Part shown: positions 48,808 to 63,110 of the stretch, one piece after another
How positions within the stretch are numbered: position 1 is the first letter of the stretch
Layout of the letters: each line of letters starts with the position of its first letter
Source: Rhynchobatus australiae
Lineage: Eukaryota
DNA: 64,000 nt
Direction: 5' to 3'
Assembly (NCBI GenBank): GCA_034780895.1
Contig: JAUZTB010000072.1
Coordinates: 14,906,508 to 14,970,507, forward strand
Notes under the pieces: model-generated
What the model was told of the DNA's origin: nothing
Databases searched by the model: none
What the model saw: only the letters and a program-made list of their open reading frames with translations
Translations under genes and position numbers: made by a program

Positions 48808-50344
48808 CTGATGCATCTTTGCTTTATCATGGTATAATCTGAAGTTTTGTCTGAGGTGTTAGCTTTTTCAGACGTTAAATTTTTGCAGTATAGTGCAGCT
48901 TAACATCAGCAGTGTTAGTTCCAAGTTTATAGATGTCTTTGTGGATGGTAGGTAGTAGACATTTAGATTAAATTGAAGAAATTTTCTGTGCAAATTTCAC
49001 TATTTGCATTAAGCTGATGTGCATTAGTTTTTGACGTGCAGAAGAAATGTTCCTAGATGAGGTTTTGAGGAGGACTTTGTCTACAGAAGGTAGTTTATAT
49101 TTAGAGGATTGTTGATATCATTGAAAAGGATAGCATTTATTGCCCATCCCTTATTGAAAGTGGTGGAGAGCTGCCCCCCTTGAACAGCTGTAGTCTGATA
49201 AAGGTGTTGCCACAATGCTGTCGCAGTTTCAGGGTTAGACAAGGTGAAGGAATGATTTGGAGAGTTGGGGAATCTGGAGGTGGTGGCTGATTTTGTTGTT
49301 GGTAGTGGGAGGTGCTGTTGCAATAGCCTAGGTGAGTAACTGCAGTGTATTTTGCAGTGTGTGGAGCAGAGGGAATAAATGTTTAAGTAGTGTATTGGGT
49401 GCCAATCACTTAGTACTGGATAATATCAAACTGCAGAGTGCTGGGCATGGAATGAGTCTGTTTGGTTTGTGAATCTTTTTACTGAAAGATGAGGTGAAAT
49501 GAGTAGCCAGTCTTTTGATTCCCTTATCTCTAATTTAGCAAAGTGATTGGTTGACAAAGCAGTGGGACCCAATTATTTTTGTATATAAATTTCAGACTTG
49601 AACAGCAGGCTTGGAACTATGAAGCTTGTCAGTGTTTGATCTCATCTGGTATAAAAGTGGTGCAAATATTTTGAATTTTCTTTTCTTTTCCCTCTTCCCC
49701 AGTTCCTTGTTCACCAGCAAATCCTGAGCACTCCTTATTTTACTTGGAAATTTGGGAAAGACCCAGGGAGATGGCATGCCATTATATCCAGACACTTTTT
49801 CAGAAGGTTGGAGTACCAAGACATGAAAGTTGAATTTTAGGTTTGTAATTTTTTGGTTTCTAAAAATATACTTTTAATATTTACAAAGTGACATTGCAAT
49901 ACATTAAGAATGTCACTGTACTTAAGCTTGTAAAACAGCACTTGATAAACTAGTTAGCACAGAAAAATCTGTTTGGTGTGATTGGATTAAATCGAAAACT
50001 GTACTTGTTCCTTGTGTTCAGAACAAGTCACTTCATTTCAAAGATGGTGAAAAATTAACCTCTGAAGCCAAGGTAATCAAAGCAATTTTCAGCCCAAACT
50101 TGCACTGAGCTTAGAGCTACTTGACACTATAAGGTGTTGCTGAATGAGGCTTTAGAAAATTTGATTCACTTAAATATTTTAAAGTCTTCATTGCGATTTT
50201 GAGTAGGATGTTAAATCATCTGCCAGCAGGATTTAGTTTGTAGCTTACTGGAGATGCTGGTGATGAGTGGTGCACCATTTGACTGTTTAAAGACCGATTG
50301 TGCAGAATAACAGTTGAAATGGGAATCTGGCCATATATATTAAA

Positions 50345-51035
50345 ATAAATTATTCACATTTGTGTCCTTCACAGTTTTTGATGCCCCAAGTACTTTTGAA
50401 ATGTAGTCACTAATAATATAGGAATCAGCAGCCAATTTTCNNNNNNNNNNNNNNNNNNNNNNNNNNNNNNNNNNNNNNNNNNNNNNNNNNNNNNNNNNTA
50501 GATGCATCAAGAGGTATACAAAATTCTGAGAGACATAAGTGGATAGTGAGAAATGTTTCCTGTAGGAGACATCTAAAATCATAGCACATAAGTTTAAAGC
50601 AAGGAATAAGAGTTGGAGGGGATCTGAGGATTTTTTTTTCACCCAGAAGGTAATTGTAATCTGGAATGACCTGCCTCTGAAGCTGATGTAGGCAAGTACA
50701 CTCATGCATTTTTAAAAGAAAAATGTCTTGGTGATTTCAAGTGCTCCTCCAGACATAGAAAGCTACAGATGAAGTGCTGGTAAATGGGATTAATATATGT
50801 ACTTGATGGTTAGTGTAGATATGGTGGGCTGAAGGGCGTGTTTCTATGCTAGATACTGACTGTATTGGCCAGGGCACTGAGAATAAATCCTCACCTTTCA
50901 AGCCCATCTCACCACCCTTCAAAATAGTGCTATGGAAGCCTTTACTCATCTCAGAGGGCAGACAGAGCCTTGGTGTAATTTTCCATCCAAAAGATGTCAT
51001 ATTGTGCAGCACTACATTGTGACATCAGTCTGAAA
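50345..51035. mobile_element. SacSINE1-like SINE (-) interrupted by a CR1 3' end (+, ~50500-50860)
   Basis: tacttttgaaatgtagtcactaataatataggaa (SINE); ttcacccagaaggtaattgtaatctggaatgacctgcctc and gggctgaagggcgtgtttctatgct (CR1); SINE resumes at attggccagggcact. Confidence 0.65.
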
Positions 51036-54000
51036 TTGAGATTTTGTCATTACTTTCATTTGGCTAAATTATTGTGTCTATACATTAGAAAGTTCCATTG
51101 GATGTTGGTTAAATTGTATCATGCATTTTGGTGTGCTGTGTAATGCAAACTAGCAGATTTTCTGTGCCAGAAATATTGCACAAAGTTCACCAAAGTGAAA
51201 GAATCCATCTTTTGTATTGGCTTGGGTACCTCAGTATTTGCCTTTTGAATGGGAGTTGGTTCAATGTCTAATTCCGAGAAAGGTAACTCAAAGAACCATG
51301 AAAGTGTTGCATTAATGGAATCTTACCCCAGACTGAGGTAAAGACCTGCTGTGGGGTTTGAACCTGAAACACTAACATCACAACCGTGCTATCAAAAAGG
51401 ATGAGCTGAGAAAGGAGTGAGTTTTTAATGTTCTCTTTGAGCACACTTGATAAATCTGCTTCATAAATCTGAGTAGCCAGTTGCGTTTCTCAAGGGTACA
51501 TGAAAGTATTCCAGAGGGATTCAAGTGGGCTTAAACAGATGTCTGGGAGAAATATTCCATTACGAGTCCATGACCTGCACTTTATCAATCTAATCATTTT
51601 TTTTTAGCTTTCAACTTTGATTTCATAAGCCTCAGTGTATTATTCCCTAACTTTGGGATGAAAGGAGGTTTGCATACGGATCCTGAATTTAAACTAAACC
51701 TGAAGTTAAGTTTGAGTGGTCAGTCAGTATATGCTCCTCTCTGTACCCCCACCAACACCAACATTTTTTCCCCTTGAAGGAGACAAAGAAACAGATTAAG
51801 GTGATGAGTGAGCTCCAGACAAGATTTAAGGGAGAATTAGAAGTGATAGGTGTTGAACTGTGTTGTATATGTATGTAGTGAACTTTTTAAAACCCAATAA
51901 AAATCTCTCTTTGAAAAGGAAATGGTCTCTTGAATGTCTGATACAACTCACAGATATTCAGGTATTATACTGGCAGGTATTCAAATGCAGGTGCAAGGTC
52001 TGGCAGTTTTCTATTGTTCCGTATGTTCATTAATTGCCAGAATCTGCATCAGTTTTAAGTGCTCTATTTTGCAAGTCTTGTCATTTAAGGCTGCTAGGTG
52101 GTAAAATGATAATCATTTAAATAAATTGTTTACAAACTGGCGGAACTAACAGTTTTCTGGTGTATTGCAGGCAATGCTATATCCACCATTCATATTCAAA
52201 TTTGACTATCTTATATATTGTCCAACAAAGGTGGTTGGAATGGAGCAGATATGAACAGGGTACAAAAGATGGTTTGCACAACATCTAAACACAGTCACCT
52301 AAAGTATGAAAATTTAAAGTCTGGGACAATTTAATGTCAAACACAGGTTGAGTTGTTATTCCTGGGCTTAAAATTAGTGGGAAAAAATTGCCTTTGAAAT
52401 CCAAGCTAAAACGTTTTGCTGATTTGTTCCAATAATCTTAGTGAATTATTCCTATATTCTAAGCAGTACCAGAATGCTCAGATGGCTCCAAATGTACCAT
52501 GTCCTTATTTATTAGGTTAACTAAACTCCCAGATCGTTTGCATAGAAACGATGAAATAAAATTGACTTCTAAAACCTAATTGTCCATCGGTAACTAGAGG
52601 TAGTGCAGAGAACTAACTGATGTAGAAAATAGGGGTTTTATTTTTTAATCTGTGGCAATAGTGTTTCCCCCTACATCCTCAATGTTCCTCTTTCCTTGGA
52701 GTGCTAGTAGTCAATTGTATAGGAACTTTTTGATATCCTAAACAATTGTAGCTATGAGCAGCTCCTCTGGATTTAGTCCAGGCTTCCAAGTAAAGTTCTG
52801 CCTGAAACACTGCAATATAATTGCACAATAGTTAATCATGCAGCTGTACCTGGACTATGACATTTCAGTATGTTCACACCAGTTCTTTGGCACTCTTGGT
52901 CCTTGCAGTTTGTTAGAAATATGCCATTGTTCAATGGGAAGTAGTTGATGCGTGTCATGATTTTAATATTGAATGCTAATTGATGGGAAAATATATGTGA
53001 AAAGCGAAAGCTTGGTTATCTGGACTTCATGGTTTAAGATTTGCTGCCATTTTTGCTTGTCCTGATGAAGAATTGACTTGGATCCCTTGGTGTGGTTTTT
53101 TTTCTCCCCTTTTGAGTTCTGATGTTTCCTGTATGCCGGGGGGAGGATTAAAAAGCATTATTTGGTGCCAAGGCATTAGACAAGAAGTAAGATTGTGGTA
53201 TCCTGTGAGGACAGCCTGAAATTCAGTAGTTTTAAATGTATTGCACAATCCCTACATTTTCAGTAAATTACTGGGTATATGGAGAATATATTTTGACCTG
53301 GAGAATGTTGACCTATTTCTTGGTAATTTGCCATTGAAATGAGTAAATTGTTGTCCTGAATAGAGTTTTTTTTAAAAAAGTACTTCTCATCCTGTGGGAA
53401 GAATCTATTTTAACTGAAATTATGGTATATTGACTTATGTGATATGAAAGTGATACCTGATTATGATATTTGTGGTAGAAATGGTGATTATTTTGGAATG
53501 GAAAAGGATAGGTAAAAAGACATGAGTTTATATGATAGAATAATCTAACAACTGCCCAGTAGTTCTAAATCTTAANNNNNNNNNNNNNNNNNNNNNNNNN
53601 NNNNNNNNNNNNNNNNNNNNNNNNNNNNNNNNNNNNNNNNNNNNNNNNNNNNNNNNNNNNNNNNNNNNNNNNNNNNNNNNNNNNNNNNNNNNNNNNNNNN
53701 NNNNNNNNNNNNNNNNNNNNNNNNNNNNNNNNNNNNNNNNNNNNNNNNNNNNNNNNNNNNNNNNNNNNNNNNNNNNNNNNNNNNNNNNNNNNNNNNNNNN
53801 NNNNTTAAGGTCATGATGGTGATGTCCACCAAGGGATAATCAATTTTGCCTTACTTGAATACCCCAATCAATTTAGCACTAAAAGTAGGGTTGCGCCTCT
53901 TCGGAAAGTTTATGAAAAGTCGAGCACTAATACATAATTTTCTGAGCAGCTCAGACATGAGTCAACACTGGAGGCAACCTTCTACCTTCCATCTCATAAG

Positions 54001-54627
54001 TTTCCTATATAGGAGCTGATTTGATGCTTAATTTTTTCCAAGAACATAATCTAAAGGTGACTGGATAAAATGAATGTCAAAGGCTTGTCAAGTGCCTGAA
54101 GAAAACAGATATCCTTGTGGATGAAGACAGAAGACAGTATCATGACCATCTGCAGCAAGACTGCTGAACTGCTTAGAAAAATCAAGTAACCATTCCATAC
54201 ATGTAAGTGGTTTGTAGTCCATTTCTAATTCCAGTATGTACTAACTATGATTCATTGGTGAGATAGTTCAGTACTCAGCTGAATTTCTGACACACTTGTC
54301 CACAAGACTTCGAGCTCTTGTGATTAGTTGCATGCTTATCCAAGTTTCTTGAGCACCCTGTTGGTTGTGCCACATTGAAGATATTACTAATCAGGCATAT
54401 TTTACAAAGATTTCATACTTGTATCTTGCACATTTGGGTTACAGAGATGGGGAGAAGCTTTGGAGTGTGAATCACTTTGATATTCCACTAATTGCCATGT
54501 TTTTAACCATTTGAAAATGCGTAGGAACCTTCAACAGGAGTAGACCATTCAAGTATCCATGCCTTTGCTACATTTCAATGAGGTCTTGGTGAAGCTATCT
54601 TAATTTTGTTTCTCAGCCAGTTCTTTA

Positions 54628-54926
54628 CAGGCTGTACCCCAGTAAGAAAGGGTTCCATTTTTGCATACATTCATAAGGCGATTTAGTCCCTAAGTCAGTA
54701 AATACACAAAAAACACTCCAATACAGCAACAATACTTCCATGGTAATGAATGGCATCAAATGCACATAAGACTGATAAGAAATAACAATTACTAAAAGTG
54801 GAGAGAGAGGAAACTAGTTCTGCATTTGTAGGAATGAATATATGCATGTATGTTGGAATTTTATAACATGCTCGTTCGTATGCAAGGTGGTCCCTAAGTC
54901 AGGTTTTGTAACCCGGTGATGGCCTG
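54628..54926. mobile_element. Tigger/pogo-like MITE with TA target duplication
   Basis: TA|CAGGCTGTACCCCAGTAAG ... GTAACCCGGTGATGGCCTG|TA, with internal direct repeat GTCCCTAAGTCAG (54686-54698, 54890-54902). Sits inside a reversed CR1 tail. Confidence 0.75.
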
Positions 54927-55089
54927 TACCCCTTGATACCCTGCCTAATTAAATAAACCCTTAAATAGGGATATCAATGACACATACCCTAGATCAGTTG
55001 CAGGAAGAGCTAAAAATGAATGGAATTACTGAACATTTCATTAATGTTTTGGTCCAGTATAATCATGACAATCTTTGAGTAACAGAAAT

Positions 55090-57260
55090 TTTAAAACTCA
55101 TTACAGTTAGAAGCATGTAGCAGTTGGGGCACTTGGTATCTATTATCTCAAAGAACTTCCCAATTCAGATGCATGTATTTGGCTCTATTGCCATTTGAAA
55201 TACTGACGCAGGGGTTTGGTTCTGCAAAAGGAATGCAGCCTTCAGGAAGTGAACTTTGCTCTCAAGAATGAGGTAGTTTGGCATATCGGTGACTCTAAGT
55301 GAACATCTTGTGACCCTCCAGCTCTCAATCTAACGTAAGACCTGCACAGTATGGTCATGAGAATGTATGCTCCAAACCTGGATGAGGCTAAGGACCAATT
55401 CTACTCTGACCTTAATTCCTCGGCCTATATCACAGACCCTCTTGGGTGACTTCTGTGCCCGTGTTGGAAAGGACACGAGCATCTGTCAACTCATGATCAG
55501 CAAAGAGGGAGTAGGGGAAGCTAACTTCAAATGAATTGTTGTGACAAAATGGCTAACTCAAAATAGCTATACTCTATTTCGTCGGATGCCTTAAGACCCC
55601 ATGGCAACCCCCTGACCCAGGCATTGGCCCCTGCTCAATTATAACATCTGAGCAAGAGACCATAAAGATGGTTTAATTGTCCAGCTATGATAGGAACCTT
55701 TGACTTGGACTGACCATAATCTTATCCTGTTATCTTCATCAGCTTGGCCCCAAAACGGTGGCAATAACAATATCACTGCAAGGTCTCAAGGATCCCACAA
55801 AGAGAACTTGTCTCAGACAACCTGATGACTCCCAACCATCTAGAGCAGCTGATTGTCCAGTCTATGGACTGCAGTGAAGTTCACGATAGTAGCACGTGGA
55901 GGGACTCTTGCCCACCCAAAATTACCAGGACTGGTTCGATGAGAATGACCAGGCGATCCAGATGCAAATTAACTGTAAGCCACGAAACTCCCATGCCTCA
56001 ATGGAAAAGAAACTGGTATCTAAAGGCAAGAAGTCTTGCTAATAGCTATGATATGTAAGGATTCTTCAGTGCTATCAATGCCCTTTTTGGCCCAAACACC
56101 TAAGAACCCACCCAAGGAGAGCCAAGCGTGGAGTTGAAGTTTTGAAGGGTGGAGATGGTTGGGCATGCTGAAAAGAACATTGAACTTGATTGTCTCTGTC
56201 CTTTGTGAATGCTTTGGATTCATTCCACAACAAATGAGCTGGTCCAGCTTCATTAACACCTTAATTGACAAATTGAAAATGTCTCGTTTGCTGAAAAGCA
56301 AGGTGGCTTTGGGAGCAGATGGTATTCTTGTAGAAGTTTGGCAGAGAGTGACTTCAGTCACAAATTCAAACTCATCCTCCTCTTCCTAGATGTGGAAGAT
56401 ATGTCAGAAGATCTTGGACACAAATTACTTGTTCCAGCGGTAATACACCAGAATGGGCCTATTGCAAAACAAAGATCCTTCACTAAACTGTCCCTGTTGT
56501 GCAACATCACCCTCTGAAAATGAAAGGCCATGATGAGAACGCAGAAAATATTCTGGGTCCTATATCTTGAGAGCTACCCCCCCTTGCCAAGGCAGGCATC
56601 CGTGCATTGGGGAAGAATGTTTGAGCTCAGTACAAAGTTATACTTTACTGGACAGTAGTGATCCCTGCCCTTCAATACACTTCTAACTATACAAGGCCAC
56701 CACGACAGCAAAATTCTTCAAGATAAATAGACCAATATCACAGACTTCTGTCAGGTCAATGTCCAGCTTTGGGCCTTAATTGCACTCAGTTGTTGCCCTG
56801 TTCTTTGCATGCCTGATAGTGGACTCATGAAACAGACTTACTATTTTGAGTTCTGTTACAAGTTCTCANNNNNNNNNNGAAACAAAAGCAGAAAACGCTG
56901 GTAAATTTGGAACATCTGTGGAAAGTGAAACTGTCATAGTTTTGGGTCAGAGTCGCAGCATTTTCTGTCTGCATTTAGAACCTGCAACATCCCCACTAAT
57001 TTGTGGGAATCTCAAGCCCATTACCTACCACTCAAAGTGGAGAAATGGTAAATGAGATGGCCTTGGCAACCTTGAGTCCATTCAGTGGGCACATGTCTTC
57101 CATGTACTCCCACTGAATGGACCCACATGTTACCCATCTGCCCCATCCTGCAAAACTACCCCGCACGTGGCAGAGTCTGCAGGTCCTACATTGGCCTCAT
57201 CAGCCACCTGGAAACCCACAGAATTTGAATGTAAGCAGTTCTTGGAAGTTGATAGCAAAT
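55090..57260 (+). mobile_element. Long decayed RTE-clade LINE (AP endonuclease to 3' end, internally deleted)
   Basis: YAPNLDEAKDQFYSDL, LGDFCARVGKD and EGVGxANxN are APE motifs. KALGADGI at ~56300. C-terminal Cys/His CPI..CGRVCRSYIGLISHL at ~57130-57215. Confidence 0.8.
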
Positions 57261-59639
57261 ACATACAAGAAATATTTCTGGAGGAAAGAGACATCAGAAA
57301 TGTCTCATCTTGCACACACCTGCCAGCATAAATCAGTGTTGGACCCTAGACTGGCCTTTTGCGTTGAGCTAGCATCATATCCCCTGCTACGCCGACCATC
57401 AAAAATCTAATACAAGTTGTGAAAATTTCCTGACCCTGTTTGGTCTTTCTCCAGATTTCTGTTACGTTGTACATTAAGGAGCTTTCAGGTTTCATTCCAA
57501 AAAGGCTAATTTTAAATTATGACCTCATTTCAGATTCTCACCCATCAACTCTTCTATCATTCTAAGCACTTTGATTAGAATACCCAATGATCTTTTAAAT
57601 TCAAGGGAATAAAAGTCAAATCTTTGCAACATCAATAAACATAAAGCTTTTAAGTTTCTGTTTTTTTTATTATTCATCCAAGCTCGGTGTGTTTTCCCCT
57701 AAAATTTGGAAGCTGTTATTAAACACTATTTGCAATGAGTTCTATAGCTGAAACATCACATTTCCCACTGGTGTATTTCGAATCTCTGGATTAACATTTC
57801 ATTAGCATTTATTACTTTGGGTTTGTACTCTTTTCGTGATTCATGTACATGGGTGCATAAATCCCTTTTTGGACAATCTTACCATTTAAGAAAATACTCC
57901 CATGTTTCTTTGATTCAAAGTGATTGGGTTTTCACTCTCACTTTGTAGGCAGTCTCCTAAAATTTTGCTCCTTGCAACCATCCCTTTTGTAATTTCCTTC
58001 TCTTGGAAAATTTGCTGTTCTGTTCCTCCTAACTTGAAAATCATGTCTATAGATGTCAAACTCCTGAATCGATCAGATACATGGTAAAGAGCTGGTGATA
58101 CCCCCCAATAGATCTCTCCGGACCACCACATTGTTACTTCCCACCAAATGACTGAACCCCTCATTTCAAATCATGTCACACCTTGGTCATTTACTTAGCC
58201 ATGTTACGAAATTACCTTTGGTGCCTGCTCAATTTGTTCTCTACCATGGGGCTTTCTAATTGTGTTAATTATCCACATGGACAAGGTGCAAAAGATTTGA
58301 GATTCTTGTGACCTCAAAATATGTAAATGTAATTAGATTAGGTAGTTACTTGCATTTTGTGGATCCATGTTGACTCTAATCCGCTGATACTTGTTCATGT
58401 GTTCACCAACTGCCCGAGATTCCATACTCCTGTGGAACTAAAATTTCTGGCAAAATATGGAATCTGCAATTGTATTATGGCATAGCTCTCAAATCTAGAA
58501 ACTGATGAAAATTTAATTTGTCTGCAGTATCCTAATTTATTTTATTAACCTGGAGTAAAAAAATCTATCCTGGTGATTTCTCCATCTTAAAGGTTTTAAA
58601 GACACCATAAAGATTTTGGTTTTACTTCTGCTAAACTCCTCTTTTTGACTTGGAATTGAAGGTCGGAGTTAAGCATCAGGCATGTTTAAACTTCAATCCA
58701 TGAAATAATTTACGACTGAGATGTATTGCCCTCTTGACAGCTGAAAAAAGTCTGTAGTCTGTTCTGGAGAAAAAGTGGATTAAAAAAAACTGTTTACATC
58801 ATTAAGTGAAGCTCCAGTAAGGGTACATCTGAACTTAGACTCACCACTTGTTCCCCCTCTCTTACCACATCTTTAAGCGAGGCAACGATCCCTTTCTAAA
58901 GGACTTGTAGCACTCAGTAGTCTCCAAGGTATTGAGCTGGACCTAAGTAGCATGTTCAGTTATACTTTGTATTTGAAAAAGTAGCATACTCTACTTTTAT
59001 TAAATACTGAGCGGGCTATGTTATGTATTATATGTAGTGCATTGTATTTAAAAATACCTGCTGAAGGAGGTTCTTGGTCTGAAGTATTGCACTTAATAGC
59101 CTTGCATCAGATGTAGAAACTAAACATAACTGTCATCTTTGAATGACTTGTGTGCCATCTGACTTTAAGGCTCTTTGGAACATTGTGATACAAGTACCTT
59201 ATGTCTCTGGCTTTTTTTTAAAGCATCTTCATTCGGGTTAGGTCAAAACACATTTCCATACTTGACTGACACTTCCATGCAGAGACCCTACTGCCTGATT
59301 GATGTTGCTTTTATAAAATTGTCAAGGCAGTTGGTTTAAAAAAAAATTCTCAAATTTATTTTGATCGTAAGAGAATTTTCTCAACAGTGTTGCCATTGTT
59401 TATCCTTTACCAATACATATCACTTCTATTGGAATTTAATTGACTGCTGTTTTTGGATAGTTAATGAAACACATTCATAGACTACAATATATAAATTATT
59501 GACTGAGAGCTTGCTGGAAATTCAGTAAAAATATGTATTCATTAGTTTTTTGGTGCCAACTGGCTTTTTGGTAATCCTTTTGTACCGTCATCTTGGTAGC
59601 CTCATCAGTAGATTGTGCGCTAGTTCNNNNNNNNNNGGG

Positions 59640-59890
59640 ACATAATCTAGGCTGACAGCAGTGCAGTGGCAAGAGAATGCTAAATTCTTTATTTCATTCA
59701 GCCCTGCCGATCTGTTAGGTGACTGTGATAGTGTTTGAATCCAGGAATTCTCAAAGTTTCCCTCACTTAAAGATCATTGAAAACCAGACACTGAACACAC
59801 TTTCTATTTGGATTTTGCTGTGCATGTCGCTGCCACATTCAGTTATGTGACTAATCTACGCTTCAAAAGAAATTGAGCCACAGGGCATTT
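59640..59890 (+). mobile_element. SacSINE1-like SINE fragment
   Basis: ctaggctgacagcagtgcagtggcaagagaatgct...gattttgctgtgcatgtcgctgccacatt...ctacgcttcaaaag is the reverse of the 23625 copy. A similar piece lies at ~61000-61215. Confidence 0.55.
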
Positions 59891-61719
59891 GTAACAAGTT
59901 GATCAGCAGTAGTATCTTGCAGAAATATTGAATTTTCTAACAGTCTTAATAGCCGAGAAGATCATCTGTGAACATTAAGAAATCCAATCAGCTAGGCATA
60001 ACAAGGGCAAGGAGGCACTTGGGTGTGACCAGTGGCAAAGTAATAAGGCTGAAGAGACCATGAGGAGCTGATCGACTTGAGATCAAGATGTTCAAGGTAT
60101 GTTCTGGTGACAAAACCACTGAAGTTTTCTTCCTTTAGATTTGTTGCCATGTTGAAAGGCTGTGTCTGATGTTTCTTTCCGAAGAATTTAAGTGCACCCA
60201 GTATTTAAAAATAGTCCCAGCACAGATCCATTGTGCACCAGCAGTAAATAGTGCCCATCTTCTCCACGAGTGAGACTTCTGTGTTTCTCACCAGGCAATA
60301 AATAACCTCCACTTCTGTGGGTCTGGAACCTGAGAAAAAGAGTAAACAAGTTTTAGATGGGGTCTCTATTTGCACTTGAAATAACTTCAAGTAATGTACC
60401 TGGCAGTGGAAGTTGGGTATCAAGTCAGCCCTCTAATTATCCAGATGTTTCAAAGGCCCCCTTGATAACTAGCCTGCTTAATGTGCTCATGAAATGCAGA
60501 CATCTAGGCCTCCCAGGGATTACATTCTTTCCATTTAGTTTCAGGTAACCCCTCAGTCTTAATAGCTCCAGTGGACTGGCTTTCCTGCAGGTTGTCCAGC
60601 TGTTTATACACTAATAAATGGCAGTTTTAGCAACTAAGATCCATTGGCATCTCTGTGTTAACCTGGATCCTATGTTCTTGGTTTTTCTCATTTCCAATAC
60701 AGCTTTTCTCCTGTCCATGTTGGGGGTGAAAACTGGGGACCACAATGCAAGATATTGCATTTCTGTTGCTTTGCTCAAAGTATCAAGTCCTTTATTCTGT
60801 AACTTGAATGCTTAAAAAAAACACTCTGTTGCTTGGAGACTGACAAAACATTAACCCATCAGGTGTACCAGAGTTTTATTTTCCTTGTAGTAATGGACAT
60901 TTTAACCAACAAAATACAGCCCATGACCCTGCAGTGGTAATTGCATGTATACTAACGGTCACCTTGGAATATATTAAATTTTGTGTTCCAATGGAAAGTC
61001 CTTAACTGTCACCCCCTGTTCCTCTTGAGAAATAAAATAAAAATAATGTAAGAATTCCCAGCTGGAAAATCAAGGAGCACTGTCTTTCTGAAATCACATG
61101 AACAATGTTTATCCTCAATTATTTCATTACTATTAATGGGACTTTGCTGTGCACTAATGGTTCATGGCCTACATTACAAAAATGGCTACACTTTGAAAAG
61201 TGATTTGTGATGGGCACAATAAAAATTCATGTTCTTTTCTCTTGATATCTGTAGGGCTCATGCAGACATTCTGGCTTTGAGTTGAATGGTGAATCATTTA
61301 AGAGCCATTCTGTGGTTCTGATTCTTAACAAGGTTAGGAGGATCGATCCCTTTTTTATAAGCAAAATCGATTTGGCACTGCAAAATCTTACTGACAGGAC
61401 TGGTGATTCTTTAAGATTTTTCAAATGAGAACCTGACAGGAATTTTTCACAGCAAGAGAATAATCTGAATTTTTGGTCATAATCAGGGTACACATTCTTG
61501 TTTCTGAGTGACCAGTCTGTTAGTTTCCCTTGCCCCTTCCCACCCCCTGGGGGGGGGCAGGGGAGGTTACACGTACTAATTTCTCTCCACCTCACTCCCA
61601 CCATCCCCTTTCTACAAATGTCCAGCAAGTCCTCGGGACTAATACCTGCAAGTGGGTTCTGGCTTAAACAAATACTTCTGGTCTGTTTAAAACTGAGTTG
61701 CACTTAAAAGTGTTCAGTT

Positions 61720-61832
61720 GTTATGGAGTCGTACAGTACAGAAGAGAGGTCCTTTGGCCCACTTGTCTTTGCCGACCTTTTTGCCTCTCTGCACTAATCC
61801 CATTTGTCTGCATTAGGAACATATCCTTCTGT
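61720..61832 (-). mobile_element. CR1/HE1 3' tail
   Basis: gagtcgtacagtacagaagagaggtcctttggcccact...cactaatcccattt...atatccttct. Confidence 0.7.
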
Positions 61833-62934
61833 ATTTTTGTTGATATGTGATGGAGGAACTGGAAATCCTTTGCACAGTTAGAGGTTTAGAATTGTTCAGC
61901 ATCACTCTACTCATTTTCCAGTGCTTCAGGATGAAGCATTGGTAAGTCATTCAGGCCCTTAAGCCTATGTTGCTATCAATTAGAACATTAATGTATCTGT
62001 CCATGGCAGCTTTTGGGCAAGTGTTCTAGTCTTCCTTGTGCCTTGAAGCTCTTTCCTCCAGTTGGAAAATCTGGAATTAAGAATTGCCAAGAATAGAATA
62101 GAATCAAGAATAAGGGGTCAGTCATATAGGACTGAACTGACATTTCTAAAAACCGAGGGGTATATATCTTTGCAATCCTCTATCCAAGAAGAACTGACTG
62201 AGCAATCATTAAGATGTTCCTTCATTGAGTGTATTCAGGGCTGAGTCTGTTAGAATTTTGGGGACAGAGAATATGACAACCTGGTGGCAAAATGGGCTTG
62301 AGGCACAGGATTGGCCTTGACCTCATTTGAATAGAGGAACAGGCGAGAGGAGCACGTGGCCTCCTTGTGCTTTTTTTTTCCTTGTTCTTGAGATGAGCAC
62401 CTTGCGTCACCCCGAATGACTTGGCTGTAATTTAGGCCTTTCCCTCTTGTTTTAAGCTCTTCCACAAGAGAAAGCAAAGATTTTATTTTTCTCTGAGCAT
62501 ATTACCCTTTTTATCATAAACAATTTGAATTGGATCACTCAAGTTCTGTAAAAGGAATAAAATCCTCGTCTGTGCAACCCCTTGTAATTTCAGCAGCTGC
62601 TGTTCTTGTAAACCTGCATTGTACCCTTTCAAGACCAGCACTCTTTCCCAAGTGGAGTACTGGAGCAAATGCAGTAGTTCAGTTGGGGTTTAAGCTTTAT
62701 AATTCCATAGCATATGCCAAATATGTATGAAGGCTGACATTAGATTAGACTTTGAATTATCAGTTTTGAATTATTTCTGCACCTTGGGCTTTTAAGTGTG
62801 TAAGTTTTTCTACAGGGCAAGCTTCTTATTTAGAAGGTAGTCTGCCTTCAATCCGAAGAGGTGACCTCACCTTTCCCATACTTGACAGTTTATCACCATT
62901 CAGTTAAACCATCAATGCAACTTCTGCCAACTGT

Positions 62935-63110
62935 CAGAAACACTCCCTTCAGCCCACAAAGTCTAAACTGGCCAAGAACCCATTTACTCTATACTATTCC
63001 CATTTTATCATCAGCTCTCCCCACTTACCTACACACTTGGGGCAATTTAGAGGGATCAGTTTAACCTTACCAACCCACAGAGCTTTGGGATGTGGGAGGA
63101 AAGCAGACTG
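62935..63110 (-). mobile_element. HE1-like V-SINE fragment
   Basis: cctacacacttggggcaatttagagg...cttaccaacccacagagctttgggatgtgggaggaa matches 2138-2210. Confidence 0.75.

Noticed and set aside
51800-51870. C/D-box snoRNA candidate (GTGATGA)
   Set aside because: No D box (CTGA) at a suitable distance and no terminal stem.
56443-56470. tacaccagaatggg resembling the start of exon 3 (YTQNG)
   Set aside because: Not in frame, no continuation and embedded in an RTE relic.
59068-59100. Further hammerhead-like trace (ctgaagga-ggttcttggtct-gaag)
   Set aside because: Core and helices too degenerate to support.
60999-61050. U12 branch-point match TCCTTAAC
   Set aside because: Followed by A-rich, SINE-like sequence with no SSU72 coding homology.
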